NCBI RefSeq assembly: GCF_001194135.2
Contig: NC_068984.1
Span: 141,460,395-141,524,394 of the forward strand
Origin: Octopus bimaculoides
Taxonomy: Eukaryota
Length of the DNA: 64,000 nucleotides
Direction of reading: 5' to 3'
Shown here: positions 38,401 to 52,285 of the stretch, one piece after another
Layout: each line of letters starts with the position of its first letter
Numbering within the stretch: position 1 is the stretch's first letter
The notes under the pieces: model-generated
The model's database searches: none
What the model was told of the DNA's origin: nothing
What the model saw: only the letters and a program-made list of their open reading frames with translations
Made by a program: the position numbers and the translations under genes

Positions 38401-41400
38401 TTCGTGTAAAAACAACAAAATAATGAGTTCGTTAGATTGTTATTTGTGAAATGCAGTTGCTTTAAATTCACTTCAGAAAGAGGTCTATGTTTGTGATGGT
38501 TAGTTGGGGGTGGGGGTGCTAGGAATGTGCCTGGGTGTCAGGTGGGTGGCAGCCTGATATGTGATGATGTTATAAAGATTAATAATCATTTTTAATTTTG
38601 GCACAAGGCCAGCAATTTTGAAGGGAAGGAGAAGTCAATTACAGCAACCCCAGTGCTGGATGCCCTTCCTAACACCAACCACCCAGCAGAGTGGACTTAG
38701 TGCTTTTTACATGGCACAAGCAATGGTGAGGTCAGTTTTGGCAAGGTTTTTACAGCTGGATGCCCTTCCGAACACCAACCGCTTACTCTATTTATATTAT
38801 TGTGATTATTTCAAGGGGTTAGGGTTGTCAGTATATTTGAAGCAAATAAGAGTGGTCAAAGACATGAGTAGTGGTGGGGGACAGTCTTCTGTTTGTCGTT
38901 GTTTAGCCCCGAGTGTGTCCTGATCGAGCCGATTGATGATCAAAGGTATTGCTACTCTGACCACCATTTCATATACCTGTGCTCACCCTGGCCAATTTCC
39001 CCTTTCTCTCTCAAGATGATAGACTATGAAATAGAGAGGGTTTCGTGTCACTTTTTAATGTTTTGCTGCTATGTCTAGCAGGTTAACTGACCACATAGTT
39101 ACCTAATTGTCTCCTGACTTGAAGTTGTAACCATTGTTGTTGTCTTTCCATAAACAACACCAAACCACTTCTATTTCTTTCTCTCCTTCACATCTCATCC
39201 ATTAAATTCTTCTTTCCTCTGTTGGCGATTTCCGTGTCTGCTCCCTGGAAGTCTTCTTATTGTCTGCTGCCACTGTTGTTGTTGTTGTTGCTGCTGCTGT
39301 TGTTGTTACTGTTATCATTGCTGCTGTCCATGTCTCCCCTCCCTTTCCTGTCTCTACTACTACTAACCATTGACTACGGTGCCTCCGTTACCATGCACCA
39401 GTTCTGTTCTTATTACGGAAACACCAGGAACCAATCTGATTATGTTTCACTGACTGAACCAGATAATGGCTGTCAATTCCAAACACAACTGAGACCGCAC
39501 ACACACACACACAGACACAGACACACACATGCACACACATACACACACAAACACAGATGAATGTGAGTGTATGTATTTTAATATTTTGCTTAGGCTGGGT
39601 GGTGAGCTGGTAGAATCGTTAGCACACCTGGAAAATTGCTGAGCAGTATTTCATCCTATTTTTACAGTCTGTGTTCAAATTCCACCCGAGTTTGACTTAG
39701 CTTTCATCCTTTCAGAGTTGATAAAATAAGATTAGTTGAACAATGGGGTTGATGTAATCAACTTGCCCCCATTCCCTGAAATTGCTAGCTTTGTGCCAAA
39801 ATTTAAAGCACTTAGGCCTAGTGATGATAGGGACCAGGTATTAGCCCTCAATATGCATATGCTTTAAGTCCCTGACATAATTTCTTGTTCCCTTCTCGGA
39901 TACAGAATCCCTCAGTCAAATGAATGTCAACCCCAGTACTTATTTTTATTAAAACTTAGTACTCATTCTATTGTTGAACTACTAAGGGACGTAAACACAC
40001 TAACACAGGTGGTAAAGCAGTGGTGGGACACACACAGAGGGTGTGGCAGAAAGGTTACCCCTATTTCAAATTATTAACTTTTGAAATCGGGGCAACCTTT
40101 CTGTTGCGCCCTGTTCATGATGGGCTTCTTCCAGTTTCTGCCTGCCAGACCTGCTTACAAGGCTTTGGTCGGCCCAAGGTACCACGTAGTGGGACTGAAC
40201 CTGGGCCACATGTTTCGGAAGCAAACTTCTTGACACTTTTACACCTAGTTATCAATAGAATGACAAATAGGAGGTGGTGGGGATGAAGTAAGGTGAGCTC
40301 TTATATAGATCCATGATGCTATTGCCATTAAGATACTGAGTGTTGTTTGACTGTTCTAGCTGATAAGGATAAGGATAATGGTGATGTTGATTTCTATCAG
40401 TTAAAGACCAGGCAGTTTATTTAATGTTTTGTTGTTGCTGTTTTTCTTTTGTTCTTCTTAAGTAAACTAATCTAATACCTCTTCTCTAATATATTAAATA
40501 AGCCAGCTTTAATTACATTCTTTTAGCTGAGTGGTTTTACTAATTAATAAACATTAACAGCATCCACTGCTTGATTAAGATATTTGGGACATCACTTGAA
40601 GGTTTCGTCTTCACTGAGTGACACCTTCAACTGATATTCCTTTTTGTTTGTTTAGTGTTGACAGCAAGTTAAGATATAATACCCTATCACCTGCCCCAAT
40701 TAAATATTCCTCATGGTACACATTTATGAAATTTAATGGACACAACACAACTCTGGTCATGAGATATCAACCGTTTAACCCTTTGTCCGTATATCTGATA
40801 CTTTACTCACTCATCCAACCCTGCTTTCCTGTTGTAGAAAATACTTAGTGCTGGCCACCTCTGCAGGAATTGTTGTCTTGCTTGCCTTGCGGTTCTATAT
40901 ATATATACTGCCACCACATAACAATGAAAACAATTTTGATCGTTTGCTTATGCTGAGATTGCACCGGCTTTGGTTATTCTGCAGACTGCTACCATTTCAA
41001 CATCTTATCACCTCCCACCACCCCCACTGTTAATGCTTCTGTGATTTCCTCCTCCTACACTGACTTAGTCGTCATCCACTGTAGATGTTGCATTGCTAGT
41101 ATTCTTGGTGCAGGGGCTCCTGGTTTAACCCTGCCACCACCACCACAAAAACATTTTTATTTCAAACTGAATTCTGTAGCAAAAATTGTGACATTTTGCT
41201 TTTTTGTTTTATGCTGTGTTTGATGTTGTTTAGATCCTGGTCAGCCCTTGTTAATCAAGCCTTATGGCCAGTGCCATTCCAGCCATAAAAATTTAGGGAC
41301 ACTAATCCAAGGGTTACATTATCCAGTGTGCCCTTATTTTATAACTGGTTTGATTTAAGGGAAATTTTGTTGTGGTTTCTAGCAAGTTGAGTGTCCATGT

Positions 41401-42966
41401 AGCAGTTCCCTCATTGGTACAGACTCTGTTTAACGTGTCATTGTACTAAATACTAATGTATGATATATATAAGGAGACTTAGGTGCCTACTAATGTCTAC
41501 TAGTGGTAAATAGTCACCACTATAGAAACTGATTTGGTTTTTAGTGAGTTACTAAGGCCGGGTAGTTGTGATCTGTCAGTTACACACACTGATGTGGTGT
41601 ATAGTAAATACTAACGTGTACTAGTAAATTATATAGCAGTAGAAAATCTATTGATCTGAGGGTGTGATCAATGGGTAAGAAGATTCTTTATTATTCCACC
41701 AATTTCTGTAACTCAAACTGTGCCAACTTATAGTTCCGTTTTCTATCAGAATTGGAGATAAAATAATAAATGGCAACATCTGAAGAATACATTATTTACA
41801 TTTGACGGATATTTGTCCTCTTCTTGTTTGTAAATAATGTACATAATGTACTTAATGTAAATAATGTACATAATTCCTCATCTCTTAAATATAGAACTGT
41901 ATTATCTGAAGAATAATTGGGTATCTTGACTTGATGTACTGCTTCCCACTTCATGTTACTTTGTTCTGTTGTTTAGGGGTATTTTAGAAGGGGTTCTTCA
42001 GTGGAGGTTTACTTGCCAGACACAACAGGGCCCGGCCATGGGAGTAAAAACTTCAAGACATTGACTTATTTATTGGCAGTTCCTTTAATTTACTTCTGGC
42101 TGCCACCTGGCCTTCTTTAGAAGGGCCAAGTTATTGTCAGTAGAAAGTGGTAGGGTTTTCCTCTTTTTCTTTTTGTCCCTTTCTCTAGTCTTGGAAGTCC
42201 CACATTGATTCCATATTAATATCAGTAACCCCCCCCCCACTCTCATCCACCACCATATCTTACCTATGGCTGCTTTATATTTGATGCTTCAAGACAATTT
42301 TACACTAGCTTTTCTTTCTTATTTTTTGTATTTTTAAATATATTTTTTTCAGTTGGCTTTACCTTATTTCAATGAAGAACTGTCCCTAAAGTAAAGATGA
42401 TTCCACTATTAGACAAATAGACTTCTCTCACTAGACACCTCTCCCCACTCTTCCCATCTCCTTAAATTCCCTTGAATTCCTTGTAATCCCTACTTCTGTG
42501 ACTCTTCAAGCACGGCTCCCCTCCTCTCACCAATATAGTTAGAATTGTTGCTTTTCTGGACAGTTCTTCATATTGCCATTCTGTTCTGTGAAATGGCTTG
42601 GCAATGCTACCAGTTCTTTCTCAAACACACATTACACACTCTTTCACACCGATTCTTATTCTTACCTGACTGCATTTCGTTCCCTTTCCATCTTCCTTTC
42701 TTTCTTTTTCCTCCTTCTTTATCCCCCACCCCCCAAAAAACCTTTAGTTTGCTTTCCATTTATTTCCTTATTGATTTGACATAATAATAATAAATAATGA
42801 TAATAAATAATAATAATAAATAATAATAATAATCTAATTTGCTACAAGACTTTGACTGTGTCTCTGCTGTCTCAGTCTGTATGGCATTCCCAGTGATTGC
42901 CATGCGTGAATGCCATCCTTTAAAGGTCACAGTCACCCAACTTGGAACTTTTGACTTTCATTTCAG

Positions 42967-43146
42967 GCTCACCTTTGTGCATGCGATGACATAGTGGAGA
43001 TGTTACGACCTGCACGAGTCGCTTTCACTGTTGAGCAGTTGATGTGCTTTCCTCGACTAACAGCTAAAGACTATCTTGTTACCTACTTCTGTGCAATCAT
43101 TTTATTTTCCAACCTCCTGCTTCTCTGGATATTTCCACAATCATGA
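42967..43146 (+). CDS. LRCH: Alternative last exon A, transmembrane (tail-anchor-like) C-terminus: AHLCACDDIVEMLRPARVAFTVEQLMCFPRLTAKDYLVTYFCAIILFSNLLLLWIFPQS*
   Basis: tttcatttcag acceptor, phase 0, 59 codons to TGA. The xxLCxxxDI start completes the CH domain. About 20 hydrophobic residues end 3 aa before the stop. Confidence 0.8.
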   Translation, partial: AHLCACDDIVEMLRPARVAFTVEQLMCFPRLTAKDYLVTYFCAIILFSNLLLLWIFPQS

Positions 43147-43829
43147 AAAGGAATGCTTTGCATGGTGGATGCTACTACTTACTAACCATTGCTATTCCTT
43201 CCCCTCCTAAACAAGAAAAAAAAAAAGTGTAAGAAGAAGAAGAAGAAAAAAAACAAAAGAACGAAAACAAGGGATATTTCATCCTAACTATAATTAATAT
43301 ACTTTCATAATTAAATTGCAATTGATGATGATGATGATCATAATGATGGTTCAAAGAACAAACTTCAGACCAATGAAAAATTTAAAAAGAAAAAGAAAAC
43401 AAAAACAAGAAAACTCTCCAGAAAACGACAATTTTCTTCTTCCAAACTTTGAAAAAAAAAAAAAAAGAAAAAAAGAAACAAAAAAACAAGAAAAAGTGTG
43501 AAGACCCTAAAAATGGTGGAAACAAGTTATGTGAAGAATGAAGCCATGGTTTCCGTTACGTGGTCAGTGATTGTCCATTTTACGTTGTGGTCTACCTTGT
43601 GACTTTGTGGACGTGACTTCAACACCAACGATGGACAGTCATTGAACGGTTACCCATTACTGAATTCAGTTTTGGTGGCCACGTTGTGACATAACCCTAC
43701 ATTGCACCAACAGTGGACCCAAAGAGATTGGCAGAACAGACATTCTTCCTTGGGGCAATTTTTCATGGAACCAGTGTCTCTTCTAAAGGACTCAACCTGA
43801 CAAAAATCTACACTTCTCTTTCTGTTGCA

Positions 43830-43874
<45 letters not shown>

Positions 43875-44672
43875 GTCATCATCAATGCAAAAACTAAACA
43901 AATATTCACCCACCATGATGAGGATAATAATAATAATAATTATATTAATTNNNNNNNNNNNNNNNNNNNNNNNNNNNNNNNNNNNNNNNNNNNNNNNNNN
44001 NNNNNNNNNNNNNNNNNNNNNNNNNNNNNNNNNNNNNNNNNNNNNNNNNNNNNNNNNNNNNNNNNNNNNNNNNNNNNNNNNNNNNNNNNNNNNNNNNNNN
44101 NNNNNNNNNNNNNNNNNNNNNNNNNNNNNNNNNNNNNNNNNNNNNNNNNNNNNNNNNNNNNNNNNNNNNNNNNNNNNNNNNNNNNNNNNNNNNNNNNNNN
44201 NNNNNNNNNNNNNNNNNNNNNNNNNNNNNNNNNNNNNNNNNNNNNNNNNNNNNNNNNNNNNNNNNNNNNNNNNNNNNNNNNNNNNNNNNNNNNNNNNNNN
44301 NNNNNNNNNNNNNNNNNNNNNNNNNNNNNNNNNNNNNNNNNNNNNNNNNNNNNNNNNNNNNNNNNNNNNNNNNNNNNNNNNNNNNNNNNNNNNNNNNNNN
44401 NNNNACATTAACTACAAAAGAAAACAACTCCCTGCTCCACAATTAACTTGCTTCATCCTTTTGTTTGTTTCTCCTTTTAAAAAAAACAACCAACCAACCA
44501 ACCACACACACACACACACACACACACAATGTGTATTCATGTTTCATTAGACTACTAACAAAGGGAGAGAACCAGGCTTTTAAGATTTTCCTTTTGGCTG
44601 TGATTTTTGGTTTGCCAGCATCAAATGATAATTTTTTTTTTCCTCCCTATCTATTTTCTGTCTGTCGATCTT

Positions 44673-44715
<43 letters not shown>

Positions 44716-47350
44716 ATTTAAGCTTCAGCATCTGCTCTTGCCTGTTGTCTTTTTCTTTCTTTTTCTCCTCTACACAACACCAACCACTCACACACACACA
44801 TGTTGTACATAAATAAGGTTAACAGAATTGAATGTAATTTAAGCCAAGATTTTGTTGAGCCAGACTTCAGGTTGGCTACATATCGGGGGAACAATGGTTT
44901 CGCTGTGTAACCCCGTTAACTTTCCACAGAAGAAACACACATCACACTCTACACATTTCCACCTGAAGAACTGATTGAATCCTTTTACATTGTTACATCT
45001 CAAATTAAACAAAAAATAATACCACACACACACACACATGTACAGAATACTTACTTCTACTAAACTATGGAATGGCATGTATCTTGACCAAATTGAATGC
45101 AATGTGTCCTGCTCTGTCCACTCTTCTTTTCAACTAACCTCACTGCTCAACCGGTTCCCAACAATGGATAATACAATTGACTGAACTTGTCAATATTTTC
45201 AAATTACAAATTTTAAAGAAAAAAAAAAAAAATCAGAAACAGATGGAAACCTCATCAGAGGGAATATTTTTTGTTTTTCAGAAAAGTTTCCTTTATCTCC
45301 CTCAGGAATTCATGTAAATGGAAGCAACTAAATTGGTGCAATAACTTATATCCACCCATCTTTCAGAGAAAATAGCACAAAGAACTTTAACATACTCTCT
45401 CTATCTCTCACACACACATACACATACACACTCACACACACAAATATATAGAACATAGCATGTTTTAGCAATGCAGTTAGAAATTCAATCATCAATAATT
45501 ACCAGGAGCGAAGATATTGTAATGTTGCCTAGGCAATATTTTAATCCTAATATTTTGGGTAAAATGCCCGTCTTCACAAAGTTGTTAACATCTTAAGAGA
45601 CTGAGAGCAGGAAGTTGTGCATCCTTTATGCCGGCATGCTGATTCACAATGAATCATGAAGAATGCAAAACCTTTACCCCACTCATGTTCTCTTAACACC
45701 TTCACAAAGGAGCATTTTACCTGAAATATTATAGTTAAGTATTTCTAAAGCAATATTTCATTATGTTTGTTATCAATATTTAATGCTTGAACTGTATTGT
45801 GGTTGCTATAGCCTTTTTTAAACACACACTTTCCTACATATACTGCAATACTTCAAGCACACTACAACACTCTTCTATTATATATATATATATATATATA
45901 TATGAGGGCAGTGGATTGGCAGATTCATTAGTGTTGAGCAAGGGCAAGATAACTTGCCGTATTTAATTATGGCCCTTTATGTTCTGAGTTCCAATCTCAC
46001 TGAAGTTGAATTTGCCTTTCATCTTTCTGGGCTCAATGTAATTGACTCTCTTTATCTGCACTAGTATCTGAGATACACGGCAAAAAGACAATACGTATGC
46101 ATGTATATAATTCTCTGTGTGTCTATATGTATGTGTATCTGTATGTATGTATATATGTCTGTGCGTGTGTAAATTTTACATTGGAAACTTGGAATATTCC
46201 AACCAGAATGAAATAATCCATTTTCTTTTGTTTTTCTTACGTATTCTTAGATTTTACTCTTGGCCCTTTTTTTATGACCACATCCTAGCTATTTATTCCT
46301 TAACAAAGTAGGTTCCCCCAGTCTTTCTCCTCTTGCCTTCCTCCGGTGATAAACCTTCCTCAGTTTTTGTCTGTTAAACTATCAAATAGCCCCAGACATT
46401 AGGAAGATTCTGGAATTTACTGTGTTGTGTTTGAATGGAAATCGTGTATCATTCCAGCAGAGAGGTGTTGCAAATTATTTCAGTACCTGACTCCCCTACA
46501 TGTGCGTGAGTCACGCGCACTCACACACACATGCACACACATAAAAGCATAAATTTCATGTATGTACATATATGTATGTATATATGCATATATTGATATA
46601 TTATTTATATTATTATATATATATCTATATATATATGTACATACATACATTAAGAGGAGTAATTTACTTGAACTTTCTGTCTTTGTTTCTTCTTATGGAA
46701 AAAAACCCAAATGTCACTCCGGTGCTGGAAATTTCAGATTTACTATTATTATTTAAGGAATCTGTGGAGCAACCGTCAAAATAACCAAAGAATTTGCCAT
46801 TAAGTATTTTTCTGTCTGCCAGTGGATCGATAGACTAAGTACCTGCTTAATACTGGGGTCCGTATGTTTGGTTGTACTTCTTCCCAAGGTTTGTGTAGCC
46901 GTTTTCTATTGGAAACAATTTGAGCAAGAAAATGAAGAAAACGTTGAGTGTCTGACTAAATACCTGGTGGTTGTTAGTTTCCATTCCTTTACAGTTTGAG
47001 TTCACTCCCTATCTAGAACTATGTTTTGTCTTTCATCATACTGGGGTACATTAATTTAGTACCAGTTACCTACTGGGATCAGTGTACTTGGCTTTAAGCC
47101 CGCCCCCCCCCTCTGGTTTTTTTCTTGTTTTTGGCTTTAAAAAAAAAAAAAAGCAATAACTGAAGTTCCCTAAACTATTTCCTTACCATTCTCACTGGTC
47201 GAATATTCCCCAGACCAATGCAACCACAATTCTTCCTTCTTTGGTCATTCATGTCTTCTCTTTCAATAACTCTAAAAGTTAATATACATACATGTGTTTG
47301 ATTGTGTATGCATGTATTGATACAATATGATTGGCCTATGTGTGTGTGTG

Positions 47351-47391
<41 letters not shown>

Positions 47392-49026
47392 TGTTTAACG
47401 TAACCTGTGCCTCCCCTCACCCGGCTCAACCAAACATTTCTCTGATTCACCTCATCATTGAATACATGTTACTGAAGTTATCTTGAATTTGAACCTCAAA
47501 CCTCTCAATTCAGAACTTCACTATTTTCTACAGACTTCCAAGGAAACCTGTCAGCCTTTTAAAATTGTGTGTATGTATGCATGTGTTTGTGTGTTTGTGT
47601 TCTTTTTTGCCTTAAGTTATTGTTTTTCTTTTTCTCTTTTTTCTAATTAACTATGAGTCCACCAGTGGTTGTCAGTATATTTCCGTTTACTATTACCTAT
47701 ACTAATTACATTTAGTGCCTTAGACTATGTCTATGGTAACTCTTCAACATAGACGGCTTTGAGTAGTGCCTGCTTCTTCTATCCTTTTGATCACTGACAC
47801 CATTATAATACCCCCCCCCCATATATATATACAATGTGGTGTGGAGGATGAATACATGGCTATGGAAGGCACACACACACAAACACTGTATGTGTTTGTG
47901 TGTGTATGTATTTAATTAGGTTTCTGGACTCAGTCTAAGTCTCTCTTTGTTCTTTGGGTTTGAGTCTTCATTTGTGATCTTTGTTGGTTTGGGGCAGCAG
48001 ACTGCAGTGGAACAACAACAAAAACAAAAACACAAAAACAGTTACGTCATTTTATGCTGACTTGCGCCCCTTTGCATCTTCGTTTCATAAGATTCAGTCA
48101 ATTAGACTCTCTCATAAAATGTTTGTCCTTCTCAAAACTCATCATTATTATTGTTATTATTATTATCATTGTTGTTATTATCTTTATTTTTATTAGGGTG
48201 AAGGTGGTGAGGCTGCTGAATTGGTAGAGCGTTGGTAAAACACTTTGTGGTATTTGCTCCAGTTCTTTATATTCTGAGTTCAAATCCTGCTGAGGTTAAC
48301 TCTCATTCTTTCAGGCTTACTCAGTCAAAACTAATGGGGTTGTCAGAATTGACTTACACTCCGGCCTTGTGCCTAAATTTGAAACATTATTGTTGTTGTT
48401 ATTATTATTATTATTATGATTATTAGTAAGGCAGCGAGCTGGCAGAATCGTTAGCACACCGGGCGAAATGTTTAGCAGTATTTCATCTGCCGTTAGGTTC
48501 TCAGTTTAAATTCTGCCGAGGTCAACTTTGCCTTTCATCCTTTCGGGTCAATAAATTAAGTACCAGTTACACACTGGGGTCGATGTAATCGACTTAATCC
48601 CTTTGTCTGTCCTTGTTTGTCCCCTCTATGTTTAGTCCCTTGTGGGTAATAAAGAAATAAGAATCATTAGCACACCAGGCGAAATGCTTAGCGGTATTTT
48701 GTCAGTCGCTACATTCTGAGATCAAATTCCACCAAGTTCAACTTTGCCTTCCATCCTTTCGGAGGTCGATAAATTAAGTACCAGTGAACTGTTTCAGTCG
48801 TGAATCTTACCTGGCTGCGAAAGAACAGGTAAGAATAGAAATAGACGGGCAAAGAATACTACCACCTTGTCTAACCTTGGACATAGGCACCAGTAAAACC
48901 ATTTTTCTGTTGCTGTTGCTCCATATAGATCTGCCTGGCATCAGAGAATGGAAAACGGTGGCTTTTAAAGCAAAGCTTTGCACAATTGGTGCAGAGTCAC
49001 AAGTTGGATTCAACAGAGAAGGTAAG

Positions 49027-49064
<38 letters not shown>

Positions 49065-49176
49065 TTTGTTGGTTGGATGTAGATGTCTTTTAGTATGTAG
49101 TGGCAACGCTGAAGAATTTTCTTGAAATTTTTCCAACTTGCCACTATTAACGGCCTTTATCATAATAATAATAATC

Positions 49177-49385
49177 CTTTCTATTATAGGCTCAAAGCCT
49201 GAAATGTTGTGGGTAGGGGACAGTTGATTACATTGACCCCAGTATTCAGCTGGTACTTATTTTATCGACCCCAAAATGATGAAAGGCAAAGTCGACCTTG
49301 GCAGAATTTGAACTCAGAATGTAAAGACAGACAAAATACTGCTAAGCATTTTGCCTAGCGTCTCAATGATTCTGCTAGCTCTCCA
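49177..49385 (-). mobile_element. Meta-like SINE, inverted relative to the tandem copies at 48200-48785
   Basis: Reverse complement of the family core (tttatcgaccccaaaatgatgaaaggcaaagtcgacc). Confidence 0.8.
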
Positions 49386-49393
49386 TCTTATTC

Positions 49394-49468
<75 letters not shown>

Positions 49469-50659
49469 GGGAGATTGCTAATCTGATTTCCACCACCTGT
49501 CCCCTCCCTCTTCACAGTTTTGTGTCCCATATCGTTGATAACAGCTTGTAGTTAAAAACTGTATTGGCTATGGATTGAAGAATATTCTGGTTATGTTGAA
49601 TATTGATTGGGAAGCAGGCAGTTGGGATTGAACCTGTGACCTGGAGCTGTGTGAATTCTTTGTGAATTCTTTGTAGTTGTCCCAGCACCAAGTACCACCA
49701 AATCTCAGACAATTCACCATCTAAAATGAAATGGTAGTTTGTTTATTTTTGTTTTGTTCTACTTTGGTTTTACACCCTTACCTGTGTCCAGTTTGGGCCA
49801 ATCAGTTATCATGATTTTTCTGCTTTTCCATGCTAGTATGGATTGCATGCGTCTCTTATGGTCCCTTCTATCCCTTTTGTGAATTTCAACATTTTGAGAC
49901 GAATCTTCACTGCTTGCACCCATGTCTTCCTTAGTTTCTCTCTTTCACCCTTTCTTTCTACAAAGACCTGCCACTGTTTACCCTACCTATCATCTATCTA
50001 TCTATCTATCTGTCTATTTACCTACATACATACACACCATCCATGTGAATGCATTCAGATAAACTGCACCTTCCACCTGTCAACACAAAATTGATTCACT
50101 GCCTCTTTGAAAAGACATCATTGTCAGGCCAGCAGGATATAGAACTGAAAATGTTTCATTTTCCTAAGTTGTTAGTGTGGATTTGAAACATATCAAACTC
50201 AGTGAGTCATCTCTTCTTGGTGTCAAATAATATGTATACCAGTGATATACTGGTGTTATGGGTTTCATCCCAATTCATCATTTAGTTTAACACCGTCTCC
50301 TGGCTCTTGAGTGTCTTTGTTGGAGTCCACTCTGTTGCCATCTCCCTCTACCAAATCCACTCGCAAAGCTTTGGTCAGTTCAAGGCTTCTTGCCCAAAAT
50401 GCCATACAGTGGGATTGAACCCGGGACCATGCAGTTGAGAAGCAAGCTTCTTACCACAACTGTACCTTATTCTTATTTTATTAATAGATTATGTTCTTTC
50501 TCTCGTACCACACTGGATTATCTTCAGAAATGTTGGGATGGGATTAAAGTGAGGTTTAAAATATTATCTACATTTTTTCTTCAAATGAAGTTGTGTATTT
50601 TGTTAAAAATCTTTAGAAATAATTCCCCTCTTCCTGTAGAAAGAAACACATATTGGGGA

Positions 50660-51480
50660 TAGTTGGATGTTATTTACATTGGACAGTGTTTTGGCTGATG
50701 TATTCTCCAGCCTTCATCAGGTGTTCTGGTGGAATTTTGAATCCAACCCTTTATTTGACTACTGGGGTACTCTGTTCTCATTTAAGGTATTTTTTGCTGA
50801 TGTTGTTGCTATTATTATTCAAGTTCTATATTTAAGAGATGAGGAATTATTTACACTTGACGGATATTTGTTCTCATCTTGTTTGTTGTTATACCCTCCT
50901 GCCTTCATCAAGTATCTTGGGGAAATTTCGAACCTGGGTTCTCATTCCTAAGGTATTTTTCAATGTTGTTGTTACTATTATTATTCAGGTCACTGCCTGG
51001 AATCAAACTCTGAATCTCGGGGTCAGTAGCCTGTGCTCTTAACCCCAAGATTCCGAGTTCGATTCCGTGGGCATATGGTGTAGTGGTTAAAAATGAGAAA
51101 CCAGGTTCAAAATTTCCCCAAGACACCTGATGAAGGCTGGAGGGTATGTCAGCCCAAATGTTCTGTTAACAACAAACAAGATGAGGACAGATATGATTAT
51201 TATTATTTATTCAAGTCACGGACTGGGATTGAACCTGGAATCTTGGGGTTAGTAGCCTGTGCTCTTAACCACTACGCTATATGCCCATGAGCAGATTTTA
51301 GGGCTTATAAACTTATTATTTTTGTAATAAAGGGTTGGGTTTGAAATTCCTCCAGAACACCTGATGAAGGCTTGAGAGTACATCAGCCGAAACATTGTGA
51401 TAAAAACCAACAAGATGAGGACACCTATCTGTCCATTGTAAATATTGTACATAATTCCTCATCTCTAAAATATAGAACAG
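50660..51480. mobile_element. Nested, alternating-orientation cluster of the hammerhead-carrying tRNA-SINE family
   Basis: At least four ccagccttcatcaggtg / cacctgatgaaggc segments (near 50700, 50900, 51125, 51360) plus tRNA-like heads near 51050 and 51225-51290. Confidence 0.8.
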
Positions 51481-52074
51481 TGTAGTTGGACATGTTTTGT
51501 GAGGGCAGAATTGAAATATGTTGGGGCTGGCCTTTTATGGCAAAATGAAATTTATCTGGGCTTACAAGTTATGGTTGGGTAAATCTGAAATATATTTGGG
51601 ATAATCCAATAGATTTTGTTTGGATAAAACTGAAGTATATACAGGATAAAGTCATATTTAATGTGAGGGTTAAATTGAAAGGTTTAATGTCTGTAAAAAG
51701 CAGTTGCTATTTGCCATGTCATTTCAAACTATTTTTATTTACAGTCAAAAGCAGTGAGTGGGTGGGTAGGTGAAGTGGAGGTGGTGGGGAGAATTGTTTC
51801 ATCTATTTTTCATTTTCTTTTCATTGCTCAAGAAACCAGTTTGGGGTTTTGTCTGGAAAAAACAAAAACAAACCATATGACTTTTTGTAGGTTGATTTTT
51901 TGGTGAAGCTGAGAATCATAGGTCTGTGGATAGGAGAAATAGTAGTCTGGTGGCTTATATCCCTTGCTGGATTTCATTATGGAGCAATGGGGACTTGAAA
52001 TATCAAAATAAAGGACACAATAATTGTGGCTTTAATACCTTTTGATAATGTATTTGTTGAACTTGGGCTGAATA

Positions 52075-52285
52075 ACATATCTACCTGTCTGTCTATCTAT
52101 ATCTGTCTATCTATTTATCTATATCTATCTGTTTATCTATATCTGTCTATTTGTCTATATCTGTCTCCCTATCTATCTATCTATCTATCTACCTACCTAC
52201 CTACCTATCTATCTACCTACCTATCTATCCACCTACTTATCTACCTACCTACCTACCTACCTACCTACCTACCTACCTACCTCTC
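52075..52285. repeat. (TATC)n/(TACC)n compound microsatellite; representative of many (TA)n, (CA)n, (AAT)n and (CAT)n tracts
   Basis: Directly visible. Confidence 0.95.

Noticed and set aside
42781-42830. Multiple AATAAA hexamers upstream of the TM exon as an intronic polyA site
   Set aside because: Expected by-product of a degenerate (AAT)n microsatellite; cannot be supported without 3'-end data.
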